Shown: positions 13,158 through 27,795, counted from the stretch's first letter. The stretch is DNA of 64,000 bases from Azolla caroliniana (GCA_043228905.1 JBHGNT010000014.1:3100001-3164000); one strand, 5' to 3'. Numbers and translations: made by a program. The notes: a model not told the origin generated them from the sequence alone.

Positions 13158-15035
13158 GAATTAGAATTAGAATTTTTATCGTCCATAAAGAGGCCAATTT
13201 TGACCTATGGGACCAGAGTAAACATGTGTTCTTGATATGTCTCCTTCCTAAGAAGGGGTAGAAGCACAAAGTCTCTGCGTGTTAGTAAAGCATGCACATA
13301 TGAGCTCAACCTTTTAGGTGGTGTCTTAAGTATGGCAATTAAGTTATCACTCCCTCTTAGTATGTTAGTATATTTTGAACGAATTGCATTATATGTCGAG
13401 CATGTGAAGAGCAAGTGACATTCATCCTCTACCATGCTTTCATTGCATACTTTACATGTCTTCAAATTCATTACATTTTGATACCATGATGCAACTTCAA
13501 TACCTAACTTGTGAGATCGAGTGCGAAGTAGTGTAAGAGCTCTACGAGCATTACTACTCATATTGGTAATGAGATAAGGTTGGATACGATCAATAGACAT
13601 TCTTGCTTTATATTGAGACCAACATTTAGGGTTGACATTTGCAATGTAGTATTCTAGCTTTGTCCTCTTAGCATCCTCCCACTTCATCCTTAATGATTCC
13701 ACCAACCTTTCTGCAATCATTACATACTGCATAGCATTGCCCAAAAGCTCTAAAAGATCATCCACACCCCATCTTCTAAACCATTTCCTTATGTCAACAA
13801 CCCAATCAGATGAGAGAATCTTACCTTTATGATTCTTTTGTAGCGTACATCCAACATTCCAAGCAAGATGTGGTAATCTATGATTCGGCATATTCTTGAC
13901 TTTTGTAATGTATTTATATACTCTTTGGAGTGCCAATAGTTCTATGGGCCGAACATCCGTTTCCAAGAGCATAACCTGGTAAGAGGTAGTGCATTTAACT
14001 CCTAATTGCCTCCTTAAAAACATCTTTTGAATTTTCTCAATCTCGTTCCATGCATTAAGAGAGATGGTGCCACCCCATACTTCTACTCCATAAAGCAATA
14101 CTTGAGTTACCATGGCATTGAACAACATTAGTTTTACTTCCCATCCACAAGTATCACTTTGGTTGTATTGGTTCTCCAAAAGGTAATATGATTTCCAACC
14201 GGCTTGGAGTCTAGAATCAAAGCATGCACTCCATTTATTTGTGGCGGGTACATCAATACCAAGATATTTAAAGCTTTGAACAAATTGTATATGTTCACCT
14301 TTATATGTGAGCATAGGGTAATGATGAGTTTGGATGGTTTGCACTACCATCATTTTTGTTTTCTCCACATTCACTACTAGTCCACTACTATGGCAAAATT
14401 CTTCTAATACCCCAAGTAAATGTTGCATACTATCAACATTATATGAGAAGAGTACCACATGATCAACATATAGAAGCAATAAGATAACATGTTACATCAA
14501 ATTGGGGCCATTCAATCCTTCTTCTCTTGCAACCTTATTCACCATTTCTTCTAATTTATCAATACATAAGCCAAAGAGTGTTGGCGATAGTGGGCATCCT
14601 TGCTTGACCCCCATGTTACTTAAGAAGTTCTTTGAGAATCCACTATCCATTTTTAGTTGGCATTTAACTTGATCATATAGGCGTGCAACCACAACTCGGT
14701 ATGCTAGTGGCATGTCAATGTCCACCATTCTATTCCAAAGCTCACTTTGTGGTACGGTATCAAAAGCTTTCTTGAAATCAACAAAACAACAATAAAGTGT
14801 TTTTCCTTGTAGTCGACTCTCTTCCATGATTACTCTTAATGTGACCAAATGATCCACGGTGAAGTGTTTTGGTCTAAATCCGGCTTGCCCAAGTGCTCTT
14901 TTGCTTGTACTCTCAGCCCATGTGCTTATCTTTTGCTCTATAATAGTGCTATATAATTTAGCAATAGTTGAGCTCACCATTATTGTACGATAATTTGATA
15001 CTTGATTCCTATCTCCAGCTTTAAATATTGGTTTG
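13158..15035 (-). mobile_element. 5'-truncated non-LTR retrotransposon (RTE/RTEX-like LINE) with RT and C-terminal Cys/His motif
   Basis: ORFs 14492-14980 and 13205-14479 share one frame, separated by a single TAA. Motifs: QAGFRP, CFVDFKKAFDTV, GVKQGCPLSPTLF, LLYVDH (decayed YADD), FKYLGI, SHKLGIE...CKVC...EDECHLLFTC. The 3' end is a short (TTCTAA)n tail at ~13158-13174. Confidence 0.9.
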
Positions 15036-15114
15036 TGCTATTAGAGAACCATGATAGAACATCAACTATTAGACAAGTTCATGAGGTGACTAGAAAAGAT
15101 ATTTGATAAGAATT

Positions 15115-15863
15115 TGTTGGGAATATGGATCCGAATCGGGATGATTTTGACTACCAACTCAATCAAGACAAATTAAACAATAGATGAAACCACAAGACAG
15201 AAAATGAGAGTACACCAAAAATTTTAACGTGGAAAACCCAAAATAGGGAAAAACCACGGAACCCCTTCGGGTTCAAAACAAGTTCACTATTTTTCTTAGT
15301 ACAAACGAATACAACCTCTCTAGCTTTGACCAGAGGGATGTATATGCTAAGGCAGTAGCCTTGATTACAATTCCTCACCCAACTGGGTGGATCAAAAAGC
15401 TGACGAAAATGGAAACAAGAAAAAACATGAAACGACGAAACTTGATGCAAAGGAGACAAGATAGTTGTTGTTCAATCGTGGTTCTTTGATAGCACGAACA
15501 ACCCCTCGTAGGTCTCTGTCTCCACTTTTGCACTTTGGTAGAACACTCTTCCTCTTGCTCTCACTCTTTTGTTCTTTGTTTTTCTCTCACTCTATTTTAT
15601 GTTTTTCGGTGTAAAAAATAGGTCACGATGTCTCCCTTTTTCTTTTCTATGTTTTTCTCTTTCTGTCTTCTTGTAGTCCAACGTCTATATCTGTGTTCAC
15701 ACACACACACACACACACACCCAAAAAAAACATACAAAAAGAAAAGGGCATATATATATATATATACAACTAATTATAACTTTTCTTATAATTTGCCTTA
15801 AGCCTATTCAGCATTCATCCGACTCAATGTTGTGGGCTCCACTTGAGTGGACAAGCCCCAACA
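15115..15863 (-). mobile_element. Solo LTR (Copia-like) with perfect 5-bp TSD
   Basis: Ends TGTTGGG...CCCAACA, flanked by GAATT at 15110-15114 and 15864-15868. Contains CCGTGGTTTTTCCC..GGGTTTTCCACGT on the minus strand, typical of Copia U5, plus (CA)n and (TA)n runs. Confidence 0.85.
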
Positions 15864-18800
15864 GAATTATATTTATATTCCATCATCAGATTGAAATGAG
15901 CTGTAATGCTTTTTCATTTGTGAGATAAGAAACATGTGATGGTTTATATAACCATTGGGGAATATCCCTCGAGATGTGAATTCATTCAATGTGAAGTTGA
16001 ATTTCATTTCTTGTAAGGGTTTGAGTGGAATTATTTCGCATATGGAGGTTTCCCACTAGTAACGAAAGTGTTACTGATAAATGATTATTTCGCACGTTGG
16101 TTGTTATGACTAGTTATGGGCCTAGTTCAGTTTCTTGGCCTTGAAACCAAGCCAAACCAAACAAAACCATTTATACATAACAAAAACCAATATGAGTTGT
16201 TTAAGAACTACCAAGCCATTTAAACCAGACCGACAAGGGAAAGTTGAAACCAAGCCCGGAAAACTTGAAACCTAATTGAACCTAAAAATATGAAACATGA
16301 TAGGGTTTGTTTGCTTTCCAAGACTAGAGGTATATCAAAAGATGACCTAAAATTTTAACACTTACATTGAATAATTATTAAGGTTTTGGGGATAAAGTAT
16401 GATGCATTGATGGAGGTGAGCTAAAAGCTTATGAAGGTAGAATCAAGCAAATGGAGAGAACAAGACAAATATCAAACTTTGTTTGGAGTATCTTATCCTG
16501 TATCTGATGCATATCCTAAGGTACATAAAGTGTAGAGTCAAATTTTGTTTTCGGGTTGGCCAAGAGAGACAAAAAGTTGGTTGGATAACATGATTGCAAC
16601 TACTTTGGACATCTCAAGGACAAAAGTTCTACCTTCAAATTTTGTTTCTCTCCTTCATTGGATATCTTCTTGGACTAGCAAGAAGTAGTTGAGTGTCTTG
16701 GTGTCCTAAGAGGATGTGGCATAAAAGGTGGTGTACAATGCAAGATGTGTGAAATGGTGTAGCTAAGAAAGGTCATAATAGAAATCAATATGTTGATTGA
16801 GGGGGAAGCAACACAGATAGAATGGAGACAAGCAAATAATTTGGTGTTCGGATGTGAACCAAGCAAATTGAAATACAAGAAGCCATTCTGATTAAGAATG
16901 TGAAGTTGGAGTATGGGGCGAACACAATTTGCATTGCTATTGCAAAGAATTCGGTGTTCCACAAGCGGACGGAGCATATGAAGATCTAATATCAATAGAG
17001 CTTAGCAATAAAAAAACTAGTGCCATAACATATAGGTGGGAGAATACTAGGCAATAGTTGAAGAACAATTGGATGATATGAGAACTCAAGCAATTGAATG
17101 AGGTTTACTCAACAAGTGGATTACATTGGAACTTTGTCAAATGAATGATGTGGGGATCCATGATATAAAAGTTGAAATGTAAGTTTAAGAGATTGAGCAT
17201 TGTACTTTTTGTGGATAAATCATTTTAGGGGGATGTTGGTGTAAATGAGCACCAAATATCCCCATGATCATGGTCAACAAAGACTGGTTATAAGATTAAT
17301 ATGGTTAATGGCTTGGCATTGTTGTTAAGGCCAACAACGAAGTTTGTTGAGGTAGGAACATAAATGAGGAAACCAAGCTAGTTCTTCATTGTAATAAACT
17401 TAGTTCGTTCTGTAATTATTTGCTTAGGAGCACATGAGAATCAAGTTTCCATTCTACCATGCTTTTGTTGTAATCATGTTCCAACACTTTGCTATAAATA
17501 CAATATTTCCCTTTGCTATTGTTTCTCTAGGTTCTTGGTTGCTATTGTTTCCAAGGTGATATATTTGAAGTGCATCAAATCTAATACATAATTGACATAT
17601 TATGCAATAATTGCAACCAACCAGATGATAGTGGCTTTTACAACATTCTTGACATTTCGGCACATGGCAGACATATCTAAGGAAACATCATGTGGTTAGG
17701 TTTAGTCATGATGTAGAAGCTTTCCTTGTTCTCACAACAATTAGGCCACAAGCTATTACACCATCATGCATATTAGTATAAACAATTTTCTCTTAAAAAA
17801 AATTCTCTCTTGTTGTATAAAATGGTTGAACTTGTGCCTAAACCTTGTTCTTTCAAACTTAGAGGATAGGGGAGGATCTCATCCCAAGTAATATGGATCT
17901 AATATTTGGAAATCAATTAGGTGGGAGTCATATCTTTGACGTAGTTAGCTCCAAGAAAACATGATTGTACATAGACTTGTTCTATCTTCAAACACAATGC
18001 ATTAGTAGCAAAAATAAAGAATACATGCTTCTAGCTAATTAGATCTTGACAAACTTTCTTCAACAAGCTTCTTGACAATGCAAGAAAAATATATCGATGC
18101 CTGCATAAACAAGAAGGTACAAATACTAAAGGTCGGAAAAAAGAAGACCAACTATCATGCAAGATTTTGTCACTAATAAAAACATTGTACTAGATCTAGG
18201 TGCAATTTATGGTTAAAAGTTTCCTATTGTTCCTCCATCATCCTTTCATGTCGCTGTATTCACTATTATTAAGATCTGTTAAGTTTCTTTATCTCAGCCT
18301 TGAACCTCACTAACTCTACGTATTAACTTTCTTTTGAACATCAGGTAAGTATGTGTTCAGTTTTTATGATGCGGTTTAAGTTGCTTGGCAAAAAATTCGA
18401 CAATCTTCATGTCTTCCCTCTCCTTGAGGGTTCACACTATGGGCAAGCTAGTAATGGACACTAATCATGTCATTGTACCAAACCTTGGTTGATCTATTAC
18501 TCTTTCCCCAATGGAACTTCAAGAGGCATCATTTCACGGAAAGACCAAAAAGCAACTGAAATCTTCATATACCACCCATCATCCTAAAATCACTGAATGC
18601 TTCTACTTTGGCACTTTTTACCATCAGAATTCTTTCTTTGGATTCGAGGAAATTTACCCACAATAAAAAATCTACACCCTTGCTGTTATAGCAATATATG
18701 CATTAACACACGAAATTGAACATTACTTAAATGAAAAGAGATGCTTCAATAACTGGATATCTATCAATGCATACATAGCACATAAGGTCAGTCAAAACCA

Positions 18801-19098
18801 AAATAATAAAAAATCAACACATTTGTCATTAAAAAGAACAAAGGCCTGAATGAAAAGGGTAAGGCCATTATAGCTATCTATATATCAGCCTTTCAGAGAA
18901 AGGGGCTAATACATTAACAAAGGCAGGAGAATAATATTCCAGTTATCATTACCAAATAGCAAAAACAATGTCGCTAGTCTAACAATAGAAAACTGGATCG
19001 CCACGTTTCGTGTCGAAAGCTCATTTTAAGCAAAATCATAGGTCCATAGATAGTCTTCGCTCTGTCGATCAAATAAGGGCTGGGCTTTTCTGGAAGTT

Positions 19099-22000
19099 TC
19101 ATATTTTTTGCTTCAGTGTGATCTTGTCGCCCAAACTCAATGCAATACCTTGTGTCTTACTTCGGATCCTAATAAAACCTGTCAGTTTGCCATTAGACTG
19201 TTTCTCCAAGCTAATGTTCACGAGAGCATCTTCACCGAAAACACTCTTCGCATAAAGATTAGCTGCCAAAAACCCACAATCACCATCCAATGCCGACCTA
19301 CAGCAGAAACAGTGAAATAGAAAAAGAAAAACAAGCATTCAGTCAATACTTATCATGACAGAATTTTTAGCCAACCATTTTTTATGTAGTTTTTCAACTT
19401 ACGGAGGCGTAAGGCACTTCATATTTGTAGAGGCAATAATATGGTTCAAAAACTCTTTTTCATCCTGTATGCTTGTGTTAACAGCAACCTACAACAAGAG
19501 CATGTCAGCATCTGTGAAAACCTTACAAAGAAATGGCAAAAGAATAATACAGAGACAAAAGTTGGCACTATCTTGCCAACTTTCCCATCATCTCATTGCT
19601 CTAGTTGCTAAGCTTTCAAATTATTTTCTTATGAGTTTCTAAGGTCTAATCTGAACTCGCTTGCTGCAAGACTCCCATACCAATTCAGATCTAGCTTTGT
19701 CAGAACAAAGAAGTTCATTGGTGTTTCCGAGAAAGGTTCTAGTTTATTGAAGATTGATCATTGATATTCTGCAAAACTCATGCATCTGATCATTGGCCTA
19801 AGTGCCAAAGTCATGTGGGTAGCAAAAGCTGCTCAATGTCAATCTCATCTAGCAACAAGGCATAGGCAACCTTTTCAGATACAAGAGAAGGAATTTCATT
19901 CTTTGTCTAATGAAATAATGATGCGATTTTCCATTCGCATAGCTAGCTGTCCAGTGTGATATCAAAAAAGCCACGGGATTATTCTTGATGCTTCAAGAAA
20001 ATATTAAGAATAACTGCAGCTGAAATGTTATTTGCACATGAATATGCAGTTCCAGGTAAGAAGATGATAAACAAGCATTCCTACACCTTGAATAGATATA
20101 CCCTTCAAACAGCTCTGAATCAAATGATTTAGTGATATATCAAAGGCAAAAGGACAAAACAACAGATAAAAAAAGAAAACCCAAATTTTCTTCATTCCTA
20201 ATGTAGCAAAAGAAAGAGAAATACCTTATTTTCCCATTCAAACTCGGCCCACATATTTCTGAAAGCAACATCTGTACACGTTGCAGGTGAGATATAATCC
20301 ATGATATCAATGTGAATATCATTGAGAACAACAACATTTCTGTCAAGCACAGTAGTAGTCTCATAGACAATGTTCCCAAATATGACACCAGTCTCTGTGG
20401 AAGAGACTTTGATGTTCGCCCTGATCTGCTTGCTCGCTTCTGGTGCAAGAGTGTAATTTTGAGGACGTTCAACGAGCTTCAAATCTCCCATAGTGGCCAG
20501 CTCAAGGCAAAGGTTTTGAAGGGTCTCTTTGGTCCTATTCACAACTGTAACATCGAGAACAATATCATATTGATGGACTGTCACATATGCCTCTGCATAA
20601 ACGGGATCGCTAAAACCAGTGAGCTGCAGTATCCTATTCAGTTTCTTTATGCCATCACCATCTTTAGTAAATTCTCCCGTAGCTCTCTTCAAATCATCTT
20701 GAACTTCGTCCTCCAATTCTAGCTTGCTCATACCCTGGGAATAGCAATAATCACATATCAAAACAAATAGAGAATCAATATTTGTGTAGTAGCTACACCT
20801 GAAAGTACTCTGAATCCCATCAATATTAAGTATAGTTCAAAGACTTCCCCTTGAAAAACCTGTATTTACATTGTTGACAGAAAAGCCACGGGAAGGATGT
20901 TGAAGACATGGTTATCTGATCTTTCTAGGAGTTTCTATGCCAACATGAATGAAAGAGTAGAAACCACAGAGCATAATATGAACCACAAGTGAGGTTTACC
21001 AAGAATACCTTTCTATTCTTCAGATGGTAAAAGTCAATGAGATCATCTGGCTGTGCATGAGTAATCTGAGCCTTTGCCTTTGTTTCTTCAGTCTCCCGGT
21101 GCTGCTTATCTGTGATCATCTTAACAAAACTCTCTCTACAAGTATGAAGCCAAACATCTCGCATCAAGTCTGGCCCATTTGAAAGCAGCCTAATACAGAA
21201 GATAATTCGATCACACGAATCATTGTCGATAGGCTGAGGCAAAACACTCGATTGACCAAGGCTCAATATAGAAACCATTATTAAAAGAGCATCGGCAACT
21301 GCTTTGTTGACTACTACCGCAGATTCCTCGAGGTCTTTAAGCTTAAGAACTAACTTGGTAAGAGTACACGATATCACAGCTCCTAGAAAGAAATCACCAG
21401 TGAGAATAAGAGCTCTAAGGTTCGCCGATGTTCCAGAGCTTCCTAAAGCAAGAGTAGGTGCTGCAAGAGCTATTTCCGAGGTAGCACTCTGGGTTGCATA
21501 TGTGCCGTCCGCGAGCACAGCTGGTCTTTTCGATGATGCAGTTGCAACTGCATATGGCACTGATTTACTGGCTTGGCCTTGCGACTTTGAAATAGCTGTA
21601 TCCACTACCTCGCCCTCTTCAGTCACTGTGTAAAACGGTAGCTCCCCAAGTGATTGCTTGATAGTGGCAATCCCACTTTCCACTTCCTTCAATGATATGC
21701 AATATTCCCCGACAATCCAGAGAGCACATGAACACACTCGCGATGACCTGATCTGGTAGAATGTGTCCAAGAGCTTGGTTATAATAGATTCCCTCAGTTT
21801 TGGATTTGTCTCGATTATTTCTCGTATAAAATAAGCCACATCCATTGCCGACCCTATGTTAGAATCTCCAAGGAAATCCATCAGAAGATGGGCCACTGTA
21901 CTAGCGACTTCAGGGAACTTCAATGCACAAGAATGGATGGCTTGTACAAGCATTTGTCTGTACTCTCCGTTTTTCTCTAGATCCTTGTTTTGTGTCTTCA

Positions 22001-23081
22001 CAACCTCCTTCTTTAAAGTCATGATCACTTCATCGATGTTCCTTGGTGTGATCAAATCAAGAGCAATATCCAGGGTCTTTCGCTTGATGTCGAGATTAGG
22101 GCTAGATAAAGCACGCAGCACATCCATAATGACCTCAACCATGACTTCTCTATGAGAAGCTTTAAGCTCTTGCAATCTATCCAAGATGATGAGCTTTACG
22201 TTGTTGTCACTCTGAGATATGAGAAGCTGGCAGTAGGTGTTTGCTGCAGCTCTAATGGCGGTCGGTGCGGAAGAAAGTGACACCAAAGTCGCCGCACACT
22301 CATACATAACTGCACTAGAAGAGGAATTTAGAAGGGAGATGATGATCTTGATGTATTTACCTTTTTCTGTGGGGTGAGATCTGCACACCTTCCTGATGAG
22401 TTCTAACACAACCATTTGAAGCAGATCTCCCCAGTTAGAGACACTGTCCAGATGGGTTAGCAAGTAATTCACCGCCCTTTCTTGGGCACATGTGAAAAGC
22501 ATGAGGAATGCATTCCTCTTGGCTGAGAGATCCTGCTCAGAAGACAAGGCTTTCTCGATAAGCTCGGGAGCATCACCCAGCAATTGCTCTCCCTGGGGAA
22601 GCTTACAGATGGACATGATGGCGAGTATGGCATTTCTTCTCACAAATACATGGCGATGCTCCAAGTTAGCGATCACGGATGGTATCAGAGGCTCAATGAG
22701 CTCGGCCTCGTTCAGCCGAGAGAGAAACCGGAGGGTAACACCGCGGATATACTCATTGGGGTGCTGCAAATTGTTGCGGAGGTTGTTACAGATGAGGATC
22801 ATTTCAGGTAAGATCTTCCCCGAAGAATCGGTCTTATCGATGATCTCAAGATAAAGCAAGAGGAGCTTTTGGATGGTGTGGTCCTCTGAGGGGAGAACAT
22901 ACCTGACGATGGAGATGAAGAGGTGGGGGACTGTCTCTCCGTTGAGGAGAAGCATGATGGCTTTCTTCATGGCCTCGACTTTGCGGCCCACATCGTTCCC
23001 TTCTAGGTTCTCCTTGATCTCGTTGGCCATGGCAGGCGTGCCCTTGTCGAAGTGGATGAGAAGGCTGCAAGACTTCTCCAT
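19099..23081 (-). CDS. COPB: Coatomer subunit beta (beta-COP), ~955 aa. Exons 23081-21009, 20734-20225, 19488-19403, 19297-19099
   Basis: Motifs [66 protein letters not shown]|VAVNT, MKCLTPP|[49 protein letters not shown]. Introns are GT-AG and the total length of 2868 nt is divisible by 3. Confidence 0.97.
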
Positions 23082-23699
23082 CTCAAATCCCTTTTCACTT
23101 CCTCTCTCTCTTTGGTTCTTGGTGGTCGAGCAAGATGAAGGAAAAGATATGTATATAAATCTGGCTATGGCGGGCGGATCTGGCCTGTTTTGTTGCAGAG
23201 ATCAAACAACAAGAGGCAAAAACAGCAATGCAGACAAGGGACGAAGAAGATGAAGATAAATTACAGAGATGGGGATTGGGAAGATTTTACTTTACCTTAG
23301 GGAGAGGGGAGAGCTCAGATCGGATCCAGATCTGCAGTCTGCTGCTGCATTACTGTGTCTTATATCTATCTGTGGGTATACTATGTATGTATGTGTATTG
23401 GGTAGGGGGACATGGATGTTCGTTTGAGAGAGATAGACAAGAGACAGAGACAGAAACAGAGACAGAGACAGAGAAGGAGGGGTATGTGTGTAAATATAAA
23501 AAATTGAGAAGGGCATCTATGTAGATATAAAAACTTCATATGAAATGTATGTGTTATATATATATATATATATAAATATATCTAATGTCCATCTCTAGAG
23601 GTAGACTCACCCATACATATGTACGTATATACGTACGTATGTACGTATGTGTATGTATATACATATTGGCTTGTACGCCTCACACACATCTTTGTCATA

Positions 23700-24445
23700 C
23701 AAACTCTCACTCAAACAAGGAACACTAAAACTTGTTCACCCATCTCCACAAATGGTCTTATATGGCGATTCCAAAGTGCACCCACACCCGTTGATAGCCA
23801 AAAATAATTTGGGTGTGGGATTTCGGCGCCATCTTGAACTGTTGAACATCCACAAACTTTGAGTATATTATAATCTTCAACCTTGTATTCCCCAATTCCA
23901 TTCACTTTTCGTGTGCACTTTGCGAATGTCCATGACGTGGTCTTGTATAGCATGACGATCACTTGGCTTGCTTCTTGTTGTCATTTGGCGCCTTCTTGAT
24001 TTTGGCATGTGCACCAAATTGTTGTTATGTAGCCCTAGTATCCTCATCCGATAAGGAATTTCAAGCTTGCAATAGTAGATCTATCAAGCTTCTCAATTGG
24101 GAGAGAGATGGCCATCTGTGTCATATTCATATTTGTTTGTCATTTTTTTCTTCTCTTCTTCTTCCTCCTTGCTTTGCACCAATGAATGCCAATGGACTTT
24201 TTCCACGTGGAAGCTATGCAATCACATTGGGGTAGAGCAGTCGACCTTTTCGACATGTATGTGTTGGTTCTTCAAAGAACTAACATCTTGAAGAATAGCA
24301 CACAAGCAATAGAGGTGTTGTGTCAATTAATAATCTTGATACTCTAATGCCATGTGAATAGATAGAGAACTAGATGTATGGTTCTTACACTATGGATAGA
24401 TAAAATATATATGTATGTGTCATGTGTGTGTCATGTGTGTGTCAG
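23700..24445 (-). mobile_element. Old Copia 5' remnant (LTR end, PBS, decayed gag start)
   Basis: The minus strand reads ...TATTCACA then TGGCATTAGAG (24342-24352), a 2-mismatch iMet PBS. This is followed by a decayed IEKLDRS..AS gag-like stretch. Boundaries are approximate. Confidence 0.5.
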
Positions 24446-24469
<24 letters not shown>

Positions 24470-24476
<7 letters not shown>

Positions 24477-27400
24477 AGGAATCTTGCGTTATTGGCATCC
24501 ACATACTCAACACACATTGGGGGTCTTCTATTGTCTTCATCTTCTTCGATCTCTTCAATCGGGTGAGTTCCAGTTGTCTCTCTTATTCATGGACAATTGT
24601 TTTTATCTCGAATCGATATCACCTCAAGAATAATGGATATACACATGAATTCCCCCACAATTTGTGGGGGACATTGATATGGAAACAATTGATCCAAAAA
24701 AGAGTAATGTGATGGTTGAATGTAATCGTGAAAGGGAAGCTCTACGAGGTTTAAGGGTATTGAGGAAATTAATGAGAAAAAATTGACATATGCCGAAGCA
24801 ATACATGTAGATGAAGTTGACAAGGATCATTGTAATTGGGATAATTTATGGGGAATTACCAATACCTTATTGTCTGATATTGTGGAAGAAAATGAAAATA
24901 AAGCAAAAGAATGCATTGATGAGGATGCGCATGATGTGGAAGTTGATGCTAAGGCAGTATTGCAATCTTTTGATGTATTCTATGATCATGTAGTTATATT
25001 ATCTTTTACCGGGAAACTCCTATACATTAATTGGATTAAACAATGGTTGAACACAATCGTGTCACCAATGTTGAAAATATGTATGCAGGACCACGAGGGT
25101 TTTATGATGTAGTGTTTCATTCACCGGAACATCAAAGTGCATTGTTGGCTAAAGTTCCCATGTTTTTTGATAAACGATTGGTGCATGTAATGCAATGGTC
25201 CCCTATTGTGGACTATCATGCTTTGTTAAAATAAGAATGCCCTGTTTGGGTAACAATGGATTGTAAGCATGCTTTTTTATGGCCACTTTTACTAGAGTTG
25301 ATGAGTCAAATGGGTAAAGTGTTGGTATTTCCACATGCAAATGCTACAAATAAGAGCAAATTTTGTGTGTTATGGGATACAAGTCATAAGAGGCCAGGAT
25401 GGGTGCATATGAACACACTTGGTATGAAATGACTTTGTTTTAAATTGAAGTGGGAGACATTTGCAGGTCATTGTTTTGGATGTGGTGAATGGGGTCACTT
25501 TATGGCGGAATGCCATCGTCATTGTCCGTCAACTATAGAGGTTCCTAATGGAGGGAATGGTAAGGATGGAGTTGGGAGAGATGTTGGTGTGTCTGATATT
25601 GTGGTTGGTATGGATGAAGGAACATCATCTAGAGCATGTTATAAAGAGGTTTCACTTCAAGGTTTGGGCCCTAAGGATAAGGGAACTCAATCTATGGATA
25701 TGGAAAAACAAAGTTTGGTGGTTATAGATAAGGGGAAAAACCCATTGGATAGAACTAGTAGTGATGTTGTTGTTGAAAAGGATTGGCATCGGGTTAAGGG
25801 CAAGTCGAAGGGGAAATCAATGAATATGCAACGTAATAGTTTGCCCACTACTCGTGAGACTACTTGGAAAGGAAATTCGGGAACTAGGGAGAGCCCTCGA
25901 AAAGTTCCTTAGCAAAGAAAATTTAGGGATAAGGGATTACCCCTTCACCTTCAGTTTGATTCATTGGGACGAGTTGTAAATTCATCGAATTCTCGAGGTT
26001 TTCGTCAAGCAGGAGAACTTAAACAAAAGATTTCGATAGAAAACCCTGAGGATATGGTGCATGAAAATCCATATGCAGCATTGGAGCATGCTTTGACTAG
26101 TTTCATGACATCGGTTGCTCTAAAGGAGCAAGTGCACCCATAACATTGTTGATTGAATGAAAGTGATAACATGAAATGTGTGAGGGGCATGTTCTCCTCA
26201 TAAGAAGTATATATTATGGGAAACTTTGTTAAGTAAAGAATGGGATGTATTATGTGCAGTTGAACATAAGTGTCATGAGTTACTAGGATCCACAATTCAT
26301 TTACATGGATATTCATCATTCTATGCATGACATCTTAATAATCATTATTCAAGTGTGGTATTAATTGAGCAGGATAAATATTTTCCTCAAATGGTGCATA
26401 ATGATCCTTATGGTCGGTTTTTTGTTCTAGAAATCACTTTTTTTCGTGAGGTTGTGTGGGTGGTTGGGATTTATGCCCCTAACCAAGCCACTCAACGTAT
26501 GGCATTATGGGGCTCACTCCTTCAAACCCTATGTGTGGGTCATCCAAGATTACTTATGGGTGATTTTAACATGTGTGTTGATGCATCTCAATCTACGTGT
26601 GAACATTCAATCATGGATGATCCTGAGCAACTGGCTTGGGATTCATTGGCTATGGAAGTTCTGAAGTTGGATGTTTGGACATGGTTGCATGGGAATGATC
26701 TAGGTTTTACTTTCCAATCCGCTCAACATAGACAAACATGGCGTCGATTAGATAGAATGTATGTGATACACAATGATTCTTTTTTACCGACATCACTTCG
26801 TATGAAAGTTCTACAAGGTGTAGGAACTTCATATCACTTTCCTATTTGTTTGGGGGTTTGTAATCATGCAATTGACATGTATAAATCCTTACTTGGAAAG
26901 TCTCCATTACGCTTTAACTCTTCTCTTTTGGTTCAACCTCACTTTGATTCTCTCATGGAGCAAATTTTGGTAAATTTTTCACAAGAAGTGAATCTTAAAG
27001 GAGTTAAAGCATGGGATATCACGTTACGAAACATTAAGATCATTCATCGTATGTATGGAGTAGCTAATGCTCAACGAAGAAGAGGTCTTCTTTGACAATT
27101 CTCACAAGTTCTCTCCAGGTGTAATGCATTATTGATACATGCAACATTAGATGAGGAGCTTTTGGATATCCAAAGTCAATTGCATGTTATTATTTCTCAG
27201 TTGCAATGCCAAAGTTATCGTTATGCGAAGATGCGACAACTGAGGGATGGGCTCATAGATAATCAATGTCAATCTCATTTGTTTTTTCAAGCGTTACATC
27301 CTACTTATGCTCAATCTAATGTGGTACATGTGAAGCAAGGGGATGAATGGATAGTGTATCCTACTACAATAATTGACATATGTGTTCATTACTTTAAGGA

Positions 27401-27795
27401 TTTGATTGACCCACAATTGTTAATGACAAATGAGGTGAGCAAAGCACGTCATGAGTTTTATGATGTGGTTGGATGTATTTTGCATGACCTCATTAGTCAT
27501 GAATTGGATGCGGATTTCACTATGGATGAGGTGGACACAGTTTTAAGGCATCTTCCTAGTGATAAGAGCCCTAGTTAGGATGACTTGACAAATGAAGTTT
27601 TTAAGCGATATTCGAACATTTTAAAGGGGCCCTTAACTTTAATGTTTCAACATTCTTGGGATTTTGGTCATATGCCTCAAGCTTGGAAGGTTGGTTTAAT
27701 TAAATTAGTTCCAAAGGTGGCATCTCCCGAGTCATTTCATCAATGGAGACCTATTTCTTTGATGGGGGGGTTGTATAGTTATTTACAAAGGTCTT
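24470..27795 (+). mobile_element. L1-clade LINE, 5' part (ORF1, endonuclease, start of RT), pseudogenised
   Basis: ORF1 has a DUF4283-like region (GPRGFYDVVF) and the zinc knuckle CFGCGEWGHFMAEC. APE endonuclease motifs GIYAPN, MGDFN, RLDRMY, SYHFPI. RT start KSPS..LTNEVF..IKLVPK..WRPISL. Many stops and frameshifts. Confidence 0.9.

Noticed and set aside
16110-17900. Decayed DNA transposon (AAACC-rich end, CKMC motif)
   Set aside because: Probably TE-derived, but termini, TSD and coding motifs are too degraded to call.
21304-23253. Plus-strand ORFs overlapping COPB
   Set aside because: These are antisense shadows of the long COPB exon with no recognisable motifs.
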